Positions 55,406 through 64,000 of a stretch of DNA of 64,000 bases are shown piece after piece. Position 1 is the first letter of the stretch. Every line of letters begins with the position of its first letter. Position numbers and translations under genes: made by a program. The notes below the pieces were generated by a model that was given only the letters and a program-made list of their open reading frames with translations, was not told the DNA's origin and did no database searches. This DNA is from Candidatus Woesebacteria bacterium (GTDB lineage: Bacteria; Patescibacteriota; Microgenomatia; UBA8517), in assembly GCA_963784785.1 (NCBI GenBank), contig CAWASW010000001.1, positions 9,312 to 73,311 on the forward strand. Reading direction: 5' to 3'.

Positions 55406-57727
55406 ATGATAAATAGCTATGATCACAAGAAGATAGAAGCCAAATGGCAAGAGCAGTGGGAGAAGGATGGAACATACAAAACATCAACAAAAAAAGGTAA
55501 GAAAAGATACGTTTTGGATATGTTTCCTTATCCTTCAGGTGCTTCAATGCATGTTGGTCATTTAGAGGGTTATGTAGGGACTGATATTATAAGTAGATAT
55601 TTAAGGATGAAAGGCTTTGATATTTTGCATCCAATGGGCTGGGATGCTTTTGGACTACCTGCAGAAAACTTTGCAATTAAAACAGGAGTACATCCTAACA
55701 AAGAGACACACAAAAATATAGAAATTTTTAAGAAACAGTTAATAGCTTCTGGTCTTTCTTACGACTGGGACAAAGAGATAGATACTTCAAGCCCTGAATT
55801 CTACAAATGGACACAGTGGTTATTCATAGAGTTATTTAAAAAAGGCTTAGCATATAAAAAGAAATCTCCAGTTAATTGGTGCCCAAAAGACGAAACTGTT
55901 CTTGCTAATGAACAAGTAGAGGATGGAAAGTGTGAGAGATGTGACACACCTGTTGTCAAAAAAGATCTTGATCAATGGTTTTTCAAAATTACTGATTATG
56001 CTGATAGATTAATAGACGGTTTGAGTGGTATTGATTGGTTAGAAGAAGTCAAAACCCAACAGAAAAATTGGATAGGGAAGTCAGAGGGGATGAAAATAAA
56101 GTTTGCAGTCAAGAATTCTGACGAAATTTTAGAAGTTTTTACAACTCGCCCTGATACTCTAGATTCTGTTACATTCCTGGCGATAGCCACCGGTCTAGTT
56201 ACTGCATCTAAAAAGTTTGAAGCCCTAGACAAAGTAAAAGAAAAACTTGGAGAATTTACAGGGAAGTTTGCAATCTCTCCACTTGATGGGCGAGAACTTC
56301 CTATTTGGGAAACAAATTATGTAGTTGAAGGTTATGGAACTGGTGTTGTTATGGGGGTCCCTGCATATGATGAACGTGATGCAGACTTTGCTACTAAGTA
56401 TTGTATTGATATAGTTAAAAAGCCATTAAACAACGATCTTTGGGAAATTCTAGAAAAGAAAAAGTTAGGAGTAAAAGAGACAAATTATCATATACGTGAC
56501 TGGCTGATAAGTAGACAGCGTTATTGGGGTTGTCCAATTCCTATGATTTACTGTGAGAAATGTAAATGGAATCCTGTTCCAGAAGATCAGTTGCCAGTAC
56601 TTTTACCAACTGATGTTGATTTCTTGCCACACGGCGAATCTCCAATCGCAAGATCTACTAGTTTTCAGAAAGATGTAGTGTGTCCTAGTTGTGGTAAGCC
56701 AGCTAAAAGAGAAGTTGACACCATGGACACATATGTTGATTCCTCATGGTACTTTCTAAGATTCTGCGATCCAAAAAATAAGAAAGAATTTGCAAGTAAA
56801 GACAAAATTATTCCTGTTGATGATTATGTTGGTGGAGGTCACGTAGTTCAGCATTTGTTATTTGCCAGATTTTTTTGGAAAGTATTGTTTGATTTAGGTT
56901 ATATAGATAAAAGCGTTGGTGATGAACCATTTCTAAAATTAAGAGCTCCAGGTTGGATACTTGGACCAGACTCTAGAAAGATGAGTAAAAGGTGGGGAAA
57001 TGTGGTTACACCTGATGATATTATTCCAAAATTTGGAGCAGATACCTTAAGAGTTTATGAAATGTTTATGGGGCCATTTGACATTATGAAACCTTGGAGC
57101 GTGGAGGGTGTTGAAGGTGCTCATCGTTTCCTTGGGCGTGTCTGGCGATTATTCCAGAACGAAGGCAAACTCCTCGGGGGTGGCCGAATGGACTCCCCAG
57201 AGGTGGGTGCCGTTGTCAGTAAAATGCACAAGACAATTAAAAAAGTGGGAGAAGATATTGAAAATTATAAGTTCAATACGGCAATTTCTTCCATAATGGA
57301 GTTTGTTAATACAATTTCTTCAGTTGACAGCGGGTCCTCGCTCCTTCGGGTTGCTTCGCAGACCAGTCGCTCAGCTTCCGCCGATCAACACGAAATTTTG
57401 ACCAATTTATGTAAATTGCTTGCTCCATTTGCACCACACATGATGGAGGAAGTTTGGCACGAAGTATTGGGCAATAAGACTTCAATTCATTTGTCGAAGT
57501 GGCCTGAATACGATGAAAAGTATTTACAAGTAGAACAGGTAGTAATGGTATTACAGGTTAACGGCAAGCTGCGAGGCACAGTTACAGTGAATAAAGAACA
57601 GGCTACGGACAAAGAATTTGTCATAAAACTTGCAAAATCTGACGAAAAAGTAGCACAATGGTTGATAAATGGAGGAATTACGAAAGAAATATTCATCCCT
57701 AACAAACTTGTTAACTTCGTCGTCTAA
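55406..57727 (+). CDS. leuS: Leucyl-tRNA synthetase (bacterial type) with a much shortened CP1 editing insertion
   Basis: HMGH (ASMHVGHLEGY), TTRPDT, GTGVVMGVPAYDERD and KMSKS (RKMSKRWGN) motifs. Only about 68 aa separate TTRPDT from GTGVVM. Confidence 0.9.
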   Translation: MINSYDHKKIEAKWQEQWEKDGTYKTSTKKGKKRYVLDMFPYPSGASMHVGHLEGYVGTDIISRYLRMKGFDILHPMGWDAFGLPAENFAIKTGVHPNKETHKNIEIFKKQLIASGLSYDWDKEIDTSSPEFYKWTQWLFIELFKKGLAYKKKSPVNWCPKDETVLANEQVEDGKCERCDTPVVKKDLDQWFFKITDYADRLIDGLSGIDWLEEVKTQQKNWIGKSEGMKIKFAVKNSDEILEVFTTRPDTLDSVTFLAIATGLVTASKKFEALDKVKEKLGEFTGKFAISPLDGRELPIWETNYVVEGYGTGVVMGVPAYDERDADFATKYCIDIVKKPLNNDLWEILEKKKLGVKETNYHIRDWLISRQRYWGCPIPMIYCEKCKWNPVPEDQLPVLLPTDVDFLPHGESPIARSTSFQKDVVCPSCGKPAKREVDTMDTYVDSSWYFLRFCDPKNKKEFASKDKIIPVDDYVGGGHVVQHLLFARFFWKVLFDLGYIDKSVGDEPFLKLRAPGWILGPDSRKMSKRWGNVVTPDDIIPKFGADTLRVYEMFMGPFDIMKPWSVEGVEGAHRFLGRVWRLFQNEGKLLGGGRMDSPEVGAVVSKMHKTIKKVGEDIENYKFNTAISSIMEFVNTISSVDSGSSLLRVASQTSRSASADQHEILTNLCKLLAPFAPHMMEEVWHEVLGNKTSIHLSKWPEYDEKYLQVEQVVMVLQVNGKLRGTVTVNKEQATDKEFVIKLAKSDEKVAQWLINGGITKEIFIPNKLVNFVV

Positions 57728-57880
57728 TTTAGTTATCTTTTTTCTTCTAGGACTTATCTTAATCGGTTTTGGGGTGTTGACGTATAAAACAGATGCATTT
57801 TCCAGTGGAGATAAAGTAGAGATCTTAAATCTTCTGCACATTAATCCCCAGCCTTTAGGCTGGTGGAGCAAGTATAGTTT

Positions 57881-58315
57881 GTGGCATACTTGAGGGAAAT
57901 GTTAAAGTACTGGCATGGTGCACACACAAAGCACAGAATTATGATTCATTTGGTATTTTTACCAAAATACAGAAAAAGGATATTACGTGGCAAAGTAGCT
58001 ACAAGACTTAAAGACTTATTCTTCAAAGCATGTGAGGTTAACAACTGGTGGATTGAAGAAATTACAATATTGCATGATCATGTACATATGCTTATACAAA
58101 TCCAACCAAACTTGTCCATCTCAAAAGTTGTTAACCAACTGAAAGGTGGTTCATCAAGAATCTTAAGGAAAGAATTTCCAGAGTTAGAAGAATTTCTTTG
58201 GGGTGACTCATTCTGGTCTGATGGCTACTTTGCAGAATCAGTGGGTGCAACAAGTTTCATCCAGGTTAAAAAATACATTAAAAATCAAGTGGAAAGTATG
58301 CCACAGAAGGGGTAA
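57881..58315 (+). CDS. tnpA: IS200/IS605-family TnpA (Y1 HUH transposase); no tnpB adjacent
   Basis: HDHVHMLIQ (HuH) and DGYFAESVG (catalytic Tyr) motifs; about 144 aa. Subterminal hairpin CCAGCCtttaGGCTGG at 57848-57863. Confidence 0.8.
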   Translation: MAYLREMLKYWHGAHTKHRIMIHLVFLPKYRKRILRGKVATRLKDLFFKACEVNNWWIEEITILHDHVHMLIQIQPNLSISKVVNQLKGGSSRILRKEFPELEEFLWGDSFWSDGYFAESVGATSFIQVKKYIKNQVESMPQKG

Positions 58316-58335
58316 AACCATGGCATTTATGCCAT

Positions 58336-58821
58336 GTGTTTTTTATTTCAACTAACGCAGGTCCTGAGATTTCTCAGGACTTGGTAGTTGAAATTTCTGG
58401 AGCTGTTCAAAATCCTAATGTCTACAAATTGCCAAGTGGGTCAAGGATTGATGATTTGTTGATTTCCGCAGGAGGTCTTGCGGCAGATGCTGATAGAATT
58501 TGGGTCGAGAAAAATATTAATAAAGCAGCCAAATTAGTTGATGGACAGAAGTTGTACATATATCACTTAGGAGAGGCGAGTGCTAAAAATGATGGGGGTA
58601 TCAAACCATATCAAGAGGTAATAGGGTATAGTGCACAGGGTTTAGTTAATATCAACACATCTAGCCGGTCGGAGCTGGAGGAGCTGACTGGAATTGGCCC
58701 TGTTTACGCCACAAATATCATTGAACACAGACCTTACTCAGATGTTCAAGAATTAGTAACTAAGGGAGCAATTAATCAAAAAGTTTTGGAAAAAATCAAA
58801 AATGCGATTTCTACATATTAG
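58336..58821 (+). CDS. comEA: ComEA-like competence protein (SLBB + tandem helix-hairpin-helix)
   Basis: NINTSSRSELEELTGIGPVYATNIIEHRPYSDVQELVTKGAINQKVLEKIKN is a typical HhH C-terminal region. Confidence 0.75.
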   Translation: MFFISTNAGPEISQDLVVEISGAVQNPNVYKLPSGSRIDDLLISAGGLAADADRIWVEKNINKAAKLVDGQKLYIYHLGEASAKNDGGIKPYQEVIGYSAQGLVNINTSSRSELEELTGIGPVYATNIIEHRPYSDVQELVTKGAINQKVLEKIKNAISTY

Positions 58822-59860
58822 TTGGTTAATTATATTTTTACTAATTTTATTAAGATTTTATTCTACTAAACCAACTTTTAAAAACGGCGATTTAGTAAGG
58901 ATAACGTCAAGGGTTTACAGCGAACCAATTAATTTTGACAGACAACAATATCTAAAACTTCAAGGACTTAAAGTATATCTTCCCAAAATTCCAGAAATAA
59001 CATATGGGGATAACATTGTTATAACCGGTCAAGTTAGTCAAGACAAACTTGTTAGTCCAAAACTTGAATCGATAGATGATTCAAGATTTATGATTTACGA
59101 TTTAAGAGAAAAACTAATATTTTTCTACAAGACTACGCTTCCTGAACCATATTCTAGCCTTGTTGCGGGCATAGTAATTGGTTCAAAAAATATGCCCCAA
59201 AACTTCTGGGATAAGTTAAAAGCAACTGGAACTGCCCATGTCGTCGTTGCCTCAGGTACAAATGTGACAATGACTGTTGGATTTTTAATTGCCATCCTCA
59301 CCACCTTTATAAAAAGAAGGACTGCAATTTGGATTACACTCTCGGGAATTTTAGGCTATGTAATTTTATCAGGCATGGAAGCTCCAATTGTTAGAGCCGG
59401 AATAATGGGAAGCATATTACTTTTTAGTCAGGAAGAGGGGAGGATCGCAAATACTTGGAGAATACTTATATATTCTGGAGTAATAATGCTACTTATTAAG
59501 CCCGCATGGCTAACTGATCTTGGTTTTATACTCTCATATGTGGCAACTATTTCCCTCATGCTAATGCAGAAAAAAATAGATTTAAGGCTAAAATTAATTC
59601 CCGCAGTCTTCCGTGAAGGATTATCTACCTCAATTGCAGCTCAGATCGGTGTCGCTCCAATTATTTACATGACCTTTGGACAGTTTAATATTCTGTCACC
59701 AATCATAAATGCCTTAATACTTTGGACAATTCCCTATATCATGGTCTTGGGAGCAGTTGGTGGGGCAGTAGGTCTAATCGTGCCTGTAATTGGCAAAATG
59801 ATACTATATGTTATGTTTCCACTATTATGGTATTTCGAAAAAATATTATCTATTTTCTAA
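58802..59860 (+). CDS. comEC: ComEC/Rec2 competence channel, N-terminal (DUF4131 + competence) part
   Basis: Conserved VAGIVIGSKNMPQNFWDKLKATGTAHVVVASGTNVTMTVGFL competence-domain core; polytopic. Confidence 0.7.
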   Translation: MRFLHISWLIIFLLILLRFYSTKPTFKNGDLVRITSRVYSEPINFDRQQYLKLQGLKVYLPKIPEITYGDNIVITGQVSQDKLVSPKLESIDDSRFMIYDLREKLIFFYKTTLPEPYSSLVAGIVIGSKNMPQNFWDKLKATGTAHVVVASGTNVTMTVGFLIAILTTFIKRRTAIWITLSGILGYVILSGMEAPIVRAGIMGSILLFSQEEGRIANTWRILIYSGVIMLLIKPAWLTDLGFILSYVATISLMLMQKKIDLRLKLIPAVFREGLSTSIAAQIGVAPIIYMTFGQFNILSPIINALILWTIPYIMVLGAVGGAVGLIVPVIGKMILYVMFPLLWYFEKILSIF

Positions 59861-60594
59861 TTTTAATTGCAGCCTCAATTTGGCTTGCTGTTTTTAGCAT
59901 AGATGACCGGCTTCATATTATTGCTTGTGACGTTGGTCAAGGCGATGCAATTTTAATTCAAAAGAATACAACACAGATTTTAATTGATGGTGGGCCTAAT
60001 AAAAGTGTCTTAACCTGCTTGGGTAAGTACATGCCATTCTATGATAGGCAAATAGAGCTTGTAATTTTGACTCATCCTCAAGCAGATCATTATGGTGGGC
60101 TACTAGATGTCTTTAAAACTTATAACGTGGCTAAGTTTGCAGAGTATAATCGTAATTCTAGCAGTCCAGACTATAGAGTGCTACAAAATGCAGGTGTTTT
60201 GCCTATAAATCTAACAAAAGGTACTAAGATGAGGTTAGGTTTGATCTACTTAGATATAGTAGTTGAATCTAAAGAACAGGGGATCGTAACATTGCTTAGG
60301 TATTTGGATCATAAGGCCTTATTCATGGCTGATGTGGAAAATAAAGTGAGTGATGAGCTTTCAGAAAATAGCGAAATACAAAATACCGAATATATCAAAT
60401 TGAATCACCATGGTTCTAAGAATGGAATAACTCAAAAGCTACTTGATGCAGTCAAGCCTAAAACAGCTATCATAAGTGTGGGGAAGAATAGTTATGGACA
60501 TCCGAGTGAAGAAGTAATAAGGATATTGAGTGATATGAATATAAAAATAAAAAGAACTGATCAACTGGGAGATATTGATGTAGTAGTCGATTAA
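59722..60594 (+). CDS. comEC: ComEC C-terminal metallo-beta-lactamase domain (frames fuse with one extra A in an A6 run at about 59846)
   Basis: ACDVGQGDAILIQ...LIDGGP...LTHPQADHYGG...NHHGSKNG...YGHPS: MBL motifs of ComEC. cgAAAAAAtatt with seven A's gives ...LWYFEKNIIYFLILIAASIW... Confidence 0.7.
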   Translation: MDNSLYHGLGSSWWGSRSNRACNWQNDTICYVSTIMVFRKNIIYFLILIAASIWLAVFSIDDRLHIIACDVGQGDAILIQKNTTQILIDGGPNKSVLTCLGKYMPFYDRQIELVILTHPQADHYGGLLDVFKTYNVAKFAEYNRNSSSPDYRVLQNAGVLPINLTKGTKMRLGLIYLDIVVESKEQGIVTLLRYLDHKALFMADVENKVSDELSENSEIQNTEYIKLNHHGSKNGITQKLLDAVKPKTAIISVGKNSYGHPSEEVIRILSDMNIKIKRTDQLGDIDVVVD

Positions 60595-60659
60595 AACAAA
60601 ACAAGACCGCTGGTGTTTGATAAAAATCATCAAAATACCATACGGTCTTGTTACTAAAT

Positions 60660-61286
60660 TTAGGGAAGGGGGACAATTTTGTCAAAAATGGCTGATGTAG
60701 CTTTTGACATAAAGGTTACCCAACCAATTCGGAGTTCATTTTGTTCCGGTATCGGAGAGATTACGCGAAAAACTTCGCCTGCTCCGATCAGAAAAACTAT
60801 CGTCCGCGCTCTATAATTTCTTTCGCAGACGATCATCCACTCTGTCCCATTTATTTTTTCCGAGATGGATGTTTCTCCATCTAGAAAAACGTTTTCGGAA
60901 CTGACTGGGTTCATCCCACTGGCATCTTCTGTCAATGAAACTGTGCCAACTGGGCCAATTTCGATGGTAAAATCTCCAACGCTTATTGCAGTGGAGTTAC
61001 CGTCAATTTTGACTGAGCAGACACTTTCTCCTCCAAAAACTTTTACTTCCCGCAGAGGAGTTATTCCTTTGCGTGGAACTAGATTTTTGGGTATCAATGC
61101 TGTTTCCGTAGCCAAATACTGGTGAGCAGGGCTCATCAGTGTCGGAAACGGCGATGGCGTTGGTGCAGGCGCGGTCGAGTTGACCGGTGCACAAGCGTTC
61201 ACAAACAGAATTACAAATATCGCTAGTAAAAGCAATACTCCTTCATAGGTGAAAAAACTTATGGCTAAAAATTTATTTCTTGACAT
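60660..61286 (-). CDS. Putative lipoprotein (lipobox VNAC, Pro/Thr-rich linker)
   Basis: LLAIFVILFVNAC|APVNSTAPAPTPSPFPT; located in the GC-rich island. Confidence 0.45.
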   Translation of the reverse strand: MSRNKFLAISFFTYEGVLLLLAIFVILFVNACAPVNSTAPAPTPSPFPTLMSPAHQYLATETALIPKNLVPRKGITPLREVKVFGGESVCSVKIDGNSTAISVGDFTIEIGPVGTVSLTEDASGMNPVSSENVFLDGETSISEKINGTEWMIVCERNYRARTIVFLIGAGEVFRVISPIPEQNELRIGWVTFMSKATSAIFDKIVPLP

Positions 61287-61361
61287 GATCTTCTCCTTAT
61301 TTGCAAAACAAGGTCGTACCGATTATAAAAAAATCAATCGGTACAACCCGTGCATAAAAAA

Positions 61362-61844
61362 TTATTTAATATTATCCATATAAGTTGGGGACATCTGTCC
61401 ATCCACTTGAACCCAGGCAACTAGTTGGTTTCCAATAAAAATTTGGAATGAGATTATTGCAGGATTTTGATCCTCCATCAATATTCGCTTTGTAATTGAT
61501 TGGTGATCTGTTACAGTTGGGAACTGTTGGTTCTTGGCGCAGACGGATTGATTTACACATGTGTAGAAAAAGATATTACTTAAATCAATCGAGGTCCATG
61601 ATTCAACTGTCATGTCAAACCCAATTACCCCTTTTTCATTTCGAAATGGCGCAACGACGATACGTCCTGCGCTCTTTGAAATTTCCACCTTTGCAAAAGG
61701 CAGTGGCGTAGCGCTTGGAGTTACATAAAAGTAACTCGTCGGCATCGGTGTCGCGCTCGGAGTGGGCATTGGCGCGGGCATGTTGCAGGCGAGAAGCGCT
61801 AGTATTACAAAAGTAAAAAACAAAATTTTATATTTTTTATTCAT
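61362..61844 (-). CDS. Putative lipoprotein (lipobox LLAC)
   Basis: MNKKYKILFFTFVILALLAC|NMPAPMPTPSATPMPT. Confidence 0.45.
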   Translation of the reverse strand: MNKKYKILFFTFVILALLACNMPAPMPTPSATPMPTSYFYVTPSATPLPFAKVEISKSAGRIVVAPFRNEKGVIGFDMTVESWTSIDLSNIFFYTCVNQSVCAKNQQFPTVTDHQSITKRILMEDQNPAIISFQIFIGNQLVAWVQVDGQMSPTYMDNIK

Positions 61845-62185
61845 GGTGTTATCCTCCTTAAGATAACTTTAGAAAATAATTTGAACTTACACGACATTGG
61901 GCCTACTGGCCTTTATTTTTCAAACTGTACATTTCGTAGCTTACTGACAATACAATTAATGCTACGATGTGTACAATCAAGAATATAACTTCTGTCTTGA
62001 TTCCGAATGCCATCTTTTAATACTCCTTTCCCTAAAATTTTAACGAACAAAACAAAAAAATATCCGCATGTGTGGATATTTCCTATAGTATTATATCAGA
62101 AGACTAGTTTAAAGGCAAAAAAATAACCTGACTAGTGTTTTGTGTTGACACCAGTCAGGTTATATATGTAAAAAACGGAATAAAT

Positions 62186-63001
62186 TTAAGGCGCCGGCCA
62201 GATGAAGGCAACCCCCCCGCATAATCCGTCATTGGCGATAATTTGATACCAGTTTCCTGTATATGGCATCCAATTATAGCTTTCGCCATTTTCAATTTTG
62301 CATTGGAATTCATTCGTTTCGCTATCAATTACATTTATTGACCATAGCATTTTATTTACTGTAAGTGTCCATGGGTTTTCGTGTGGCCCGTTCTTGTCCG
62401 GTAGAGGTGTCGCTAATGCTTGTGTGTATGTAGCCTTTATTTGGTATTTCTCCGTTTCATTGATCGTATCCCTACAATCAATAAAATTGTAATCACCAAG
62501 ACATACGAAATACAGGCTGTCATAGAAACCGTTATTTTTGTAAATAGCGAGTTTGCCTAACCCTTGCCCGATATCCCAAACGAATTCCCCGTCAATTTTG
62601 AGATCGGCAAATTCTCCTGTTGGAAGCAAATAGCAAGTTGCTGCTTCCCGACCAGTTAGGGGGATCCCTATTGTGGTAATGTTCGCACCCCCACATGATT
62701 CCCAAAGAATTTCGTTTCCAACAACTTGCACGGCTCTTACTGGATACGAATTTGAAGATGCAGCTTTTGTTGCTGTCATCTGTGGAATCGCGATTACAGT
62801 AGGAATTTCGTACGGAACGGCTGTCAATATGATTGCCGTTGCAGTCGACTGCACGGTTGGCTGGTCGGTGTTGATGACTGGCAGGACAACATCATTGCTT
62901 GTTGCCGCGGTGCCGCAGGCGGTAATTATTAATGCAAGTAAAAGGATTGACAAATATACAATTTTCAAACTTTTCATTTCTTCCTCCGAAGAAAAAAACA
63001 T
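62186..63001 (-). CDS. Putative lipoprotein (lipobox IITAC)
   Basis: LLLALIITAC|GTAATSN; the RBS context TTTTTCTTCGGAGGAA is shared with the next gene. Confidence 0.45.
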   Translation of the reverse strand: MFFSSEEEMKSLKIVYLSILLLALIITACGTAATSNDVVLPVINTDQPTVQSTATAIILTAVPYEIPTVIAIPQMTATKAASSNSYPVRAVQVVGNEILWESCGGANITTIGIPLTGREAATCYLLPTGEFADLKIDGEFVWDIGQGLGKLAIYKNNGFYDSLYFVCLGDYNFIDCRDTINETEKYQIKATYTQALATPLPDKNGPHENPWTLTVNKMLWSINVIDSETNEFQCKIENGESYNWMPYTGNWYQIIANDGLCGGVAFIWPAP

Positions 63002-63180
63002 AAATATAATAGGACGATCACGGCGACAAAATAGGCAAATCCAATTAAATCAGATTCTGTAAAAATCTGGATCCAATGGGGGATGCCTACGATTAATACG
63101 GCTAGGCCGACTAATCTTAATACAATTTGAATGGCAAGATATGCCAGCCAAGGCAAATCAGAAATCTGTATTCCTTTCAT
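62974..63180 (-). CDS. Small two-TM membrane protein (68 aa)
   Basis: Same upstream GGAGGAA RBS context as 62186..63001. Confidence 0.35.
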   Translation of the reverse strand: MKGIQISDLPWLAYLAIQIVLRLVGLAVLIVGIPHWIQIFTESDLIGFAYFVAVIVLLYLCFFLRRKK

Positions 63181-63319
63181 TTTTCCTCCGAAGAAAAATT
63201 TTTGTTTCTAATTCCGTTTTTTTATCAACGAGCTTTGCGGATTATATAATATTTATTTAAATTTGACAACTATGGGTTAATTTTGATATAATTCAGCCTT
63301 GGTTTAAGATTAATGTTCC

Positions 63320-63814
63320 TTGAAAACTTGCTCAATTAAACGTATTACGGTCTTCAATTTTGTGCATATTTTGTGCTTAAAACTGAAGATCGTCTATACG
63401 AGATCTAAAAAATTTTTATTTTTGCTTAGGAGGCAAAAAATGTTAAAACGTTTGTTCGCTCTGTTATCTGTGTTGGTTTTTGCAAGTTTGTTGATCGCCG
63501 CATGTGGAAGTGCCTCGATGTGTGACAATCAGTACGGAGGTGCAGATTTTTGCACTCCTGAAGCTGAACCAACAACAATGCCTCAGGTTGTTGTACCGAC
63601 TGAAGTCACTCGTGGAAACCCTGTTTTAGTTTCAACTTTGACTGTCGTAAATTCGACGTATGAGCAAATCACCCTAGTAGGATTTACTATAGACGGAGCT
63701 ACAGTAAAAGGTAGTGACGGGATTGAAGTTTCTGTTCCGTTATCGGGGGTTTATGTTGATGGATACCTGCTGTTGGCGCGTCCCGGATGGGTGGAAATTT
63801 GGTCAAACCAGTAA
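63320..63814 (+). CDS. Putative lipoprotein (lipobox LIAAC); probable true start MLKRLFALL at about 63440
   Basis: MLKRLFALLSVLVFASLLIAAC|GSASMCDN preceded by GGAGG; followed by a long imperfect palindrome at 63838-63889. Confidence 0.45.
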   Translation: MKTCSIKRITVFNFVHILCLKLKIVYTRSKKFLFLLRRQKMLKRLFALLSVLVFASLLIAACGSASMCDNQYGGADFCTPEAEPTTMPQVVVPTEVTRGNPVLVSTLTVVNSTYEQITLVGFTIDGATVKGSDGIEVSVPLSGVYVDGYLLLARPGWVEIWSNQ

Positions 63815-63915
63815 TTTTTTTGAGCAAGTAGAATAAAAGTAGCGGATGCTAACAATAAATAACCAACAAATTGTTACGTATCCGCTACTGAAAGACCCCT
63901 AAAACTTCACTTTCA

Positions 63916-63944
63916 GATTGCCACGCTTCGCTCGCAATGACACA
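63916..63944 (-). repeat. 29-nt repeat, copy 2 (inverted)
   Basis: Exact reverse complement of 49078..49106 by eye. Confidence 0.55.
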
Positions 63945-64000
63945 ATATCGCAATTTTGTATCCACTTCTTGACAAATATGTGTAAATCTGTAATAATTTT

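Noticed and set aside
57318-57390. The GC-rich 70-nt patch inside leuS as an inserted mobile element or mini-intein
   Set aside because: It is in frame, short, lacks intein or IS hallmarks and has no flanking repeats. A lineage-specific low-complexity insertion is more likely. It is kept as a note under the leuS finding.
63838-63889. The long palindrome after 63320..63814 as an intrinsic terminator
   Set aside because: It is a strong stem (AGTAGCGGAT / ATCCGCTACT) but with a 32-nt loop and no downstream T-tract. It may be a structured RNA or protein-binding site rather than a canonical rho-independent terminator, so it is not listed as a terminator.
1-64000. CRISPR arrays, rRNA genes, alternative genetic code (UGA recoding)
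   Set aside because: No regularly spaced direct repeats with unique spacers. No rRNA-like conserved stretches. Long conserved ORFs (leuS, the histidine kinase, the giant proteins) are uninterrupted under the standard code.

Overview
This looks like a low-GC accessory region of a small-genome bacterium read with the standard code (leuS is one 773-aa ORF with no internal UGA); Patescibacteria/CPR is my guess from the gene set, not established. Laid out from the start of the window: a tatA-tatA-tatC-tatA operon with two short tatA genes the ORF track missed; three paralogous large beta-helix proteins on the minus strand with small coiled-coil ORFs; a PaaX-like regulator and a RhuM-family gene; and a TPR/GT41 + FkbM methyltransferase + GT4 glycosylation cluster. 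From 17.7 to 26 kb is a hotspot of mobile-element damage. A 194-bp MITE present as two perfect inverted copies (each with its own 9-bp TSD) is a deletion derivative of a resident 1.17-kb zinc-finger/DDE IS at 24734..25904. One MITE copy splits a surface-protein gene, the IS cuts the 5' end of a sensor gene, and a second, unrelated 1131-bp IS (two identical copies 27.2 kb apart, 8-bp TSDs) cuts a CheY-like response-regulator gene. The second half of the window carries a split sensor histidine kinase, LysM-M23 peptidase, a GH-A glycosidase, a SIMPL protein, a Fic protein next to a 1548-aa secreted protein with an overlapping small membrane ORF, tRNA-Ala(CGC), an O-antigen-ligase-like/TPR protein, a 2122-aa surface protein, a five-gene surface locus resembling WxL/DUF916 loci, brnTA, leuS with a shortened CP1 insertion, a solo IS200 tnpA, comEA, a split comEC, and a GC-rich terminal island of lipoprotein genes. 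Five apparent frameshifts all sit in homopolymer runs, so sequencing error is a live alternative to pseudogenisation for those. Coordinates I derived by hand may be off by 1-2 nt.
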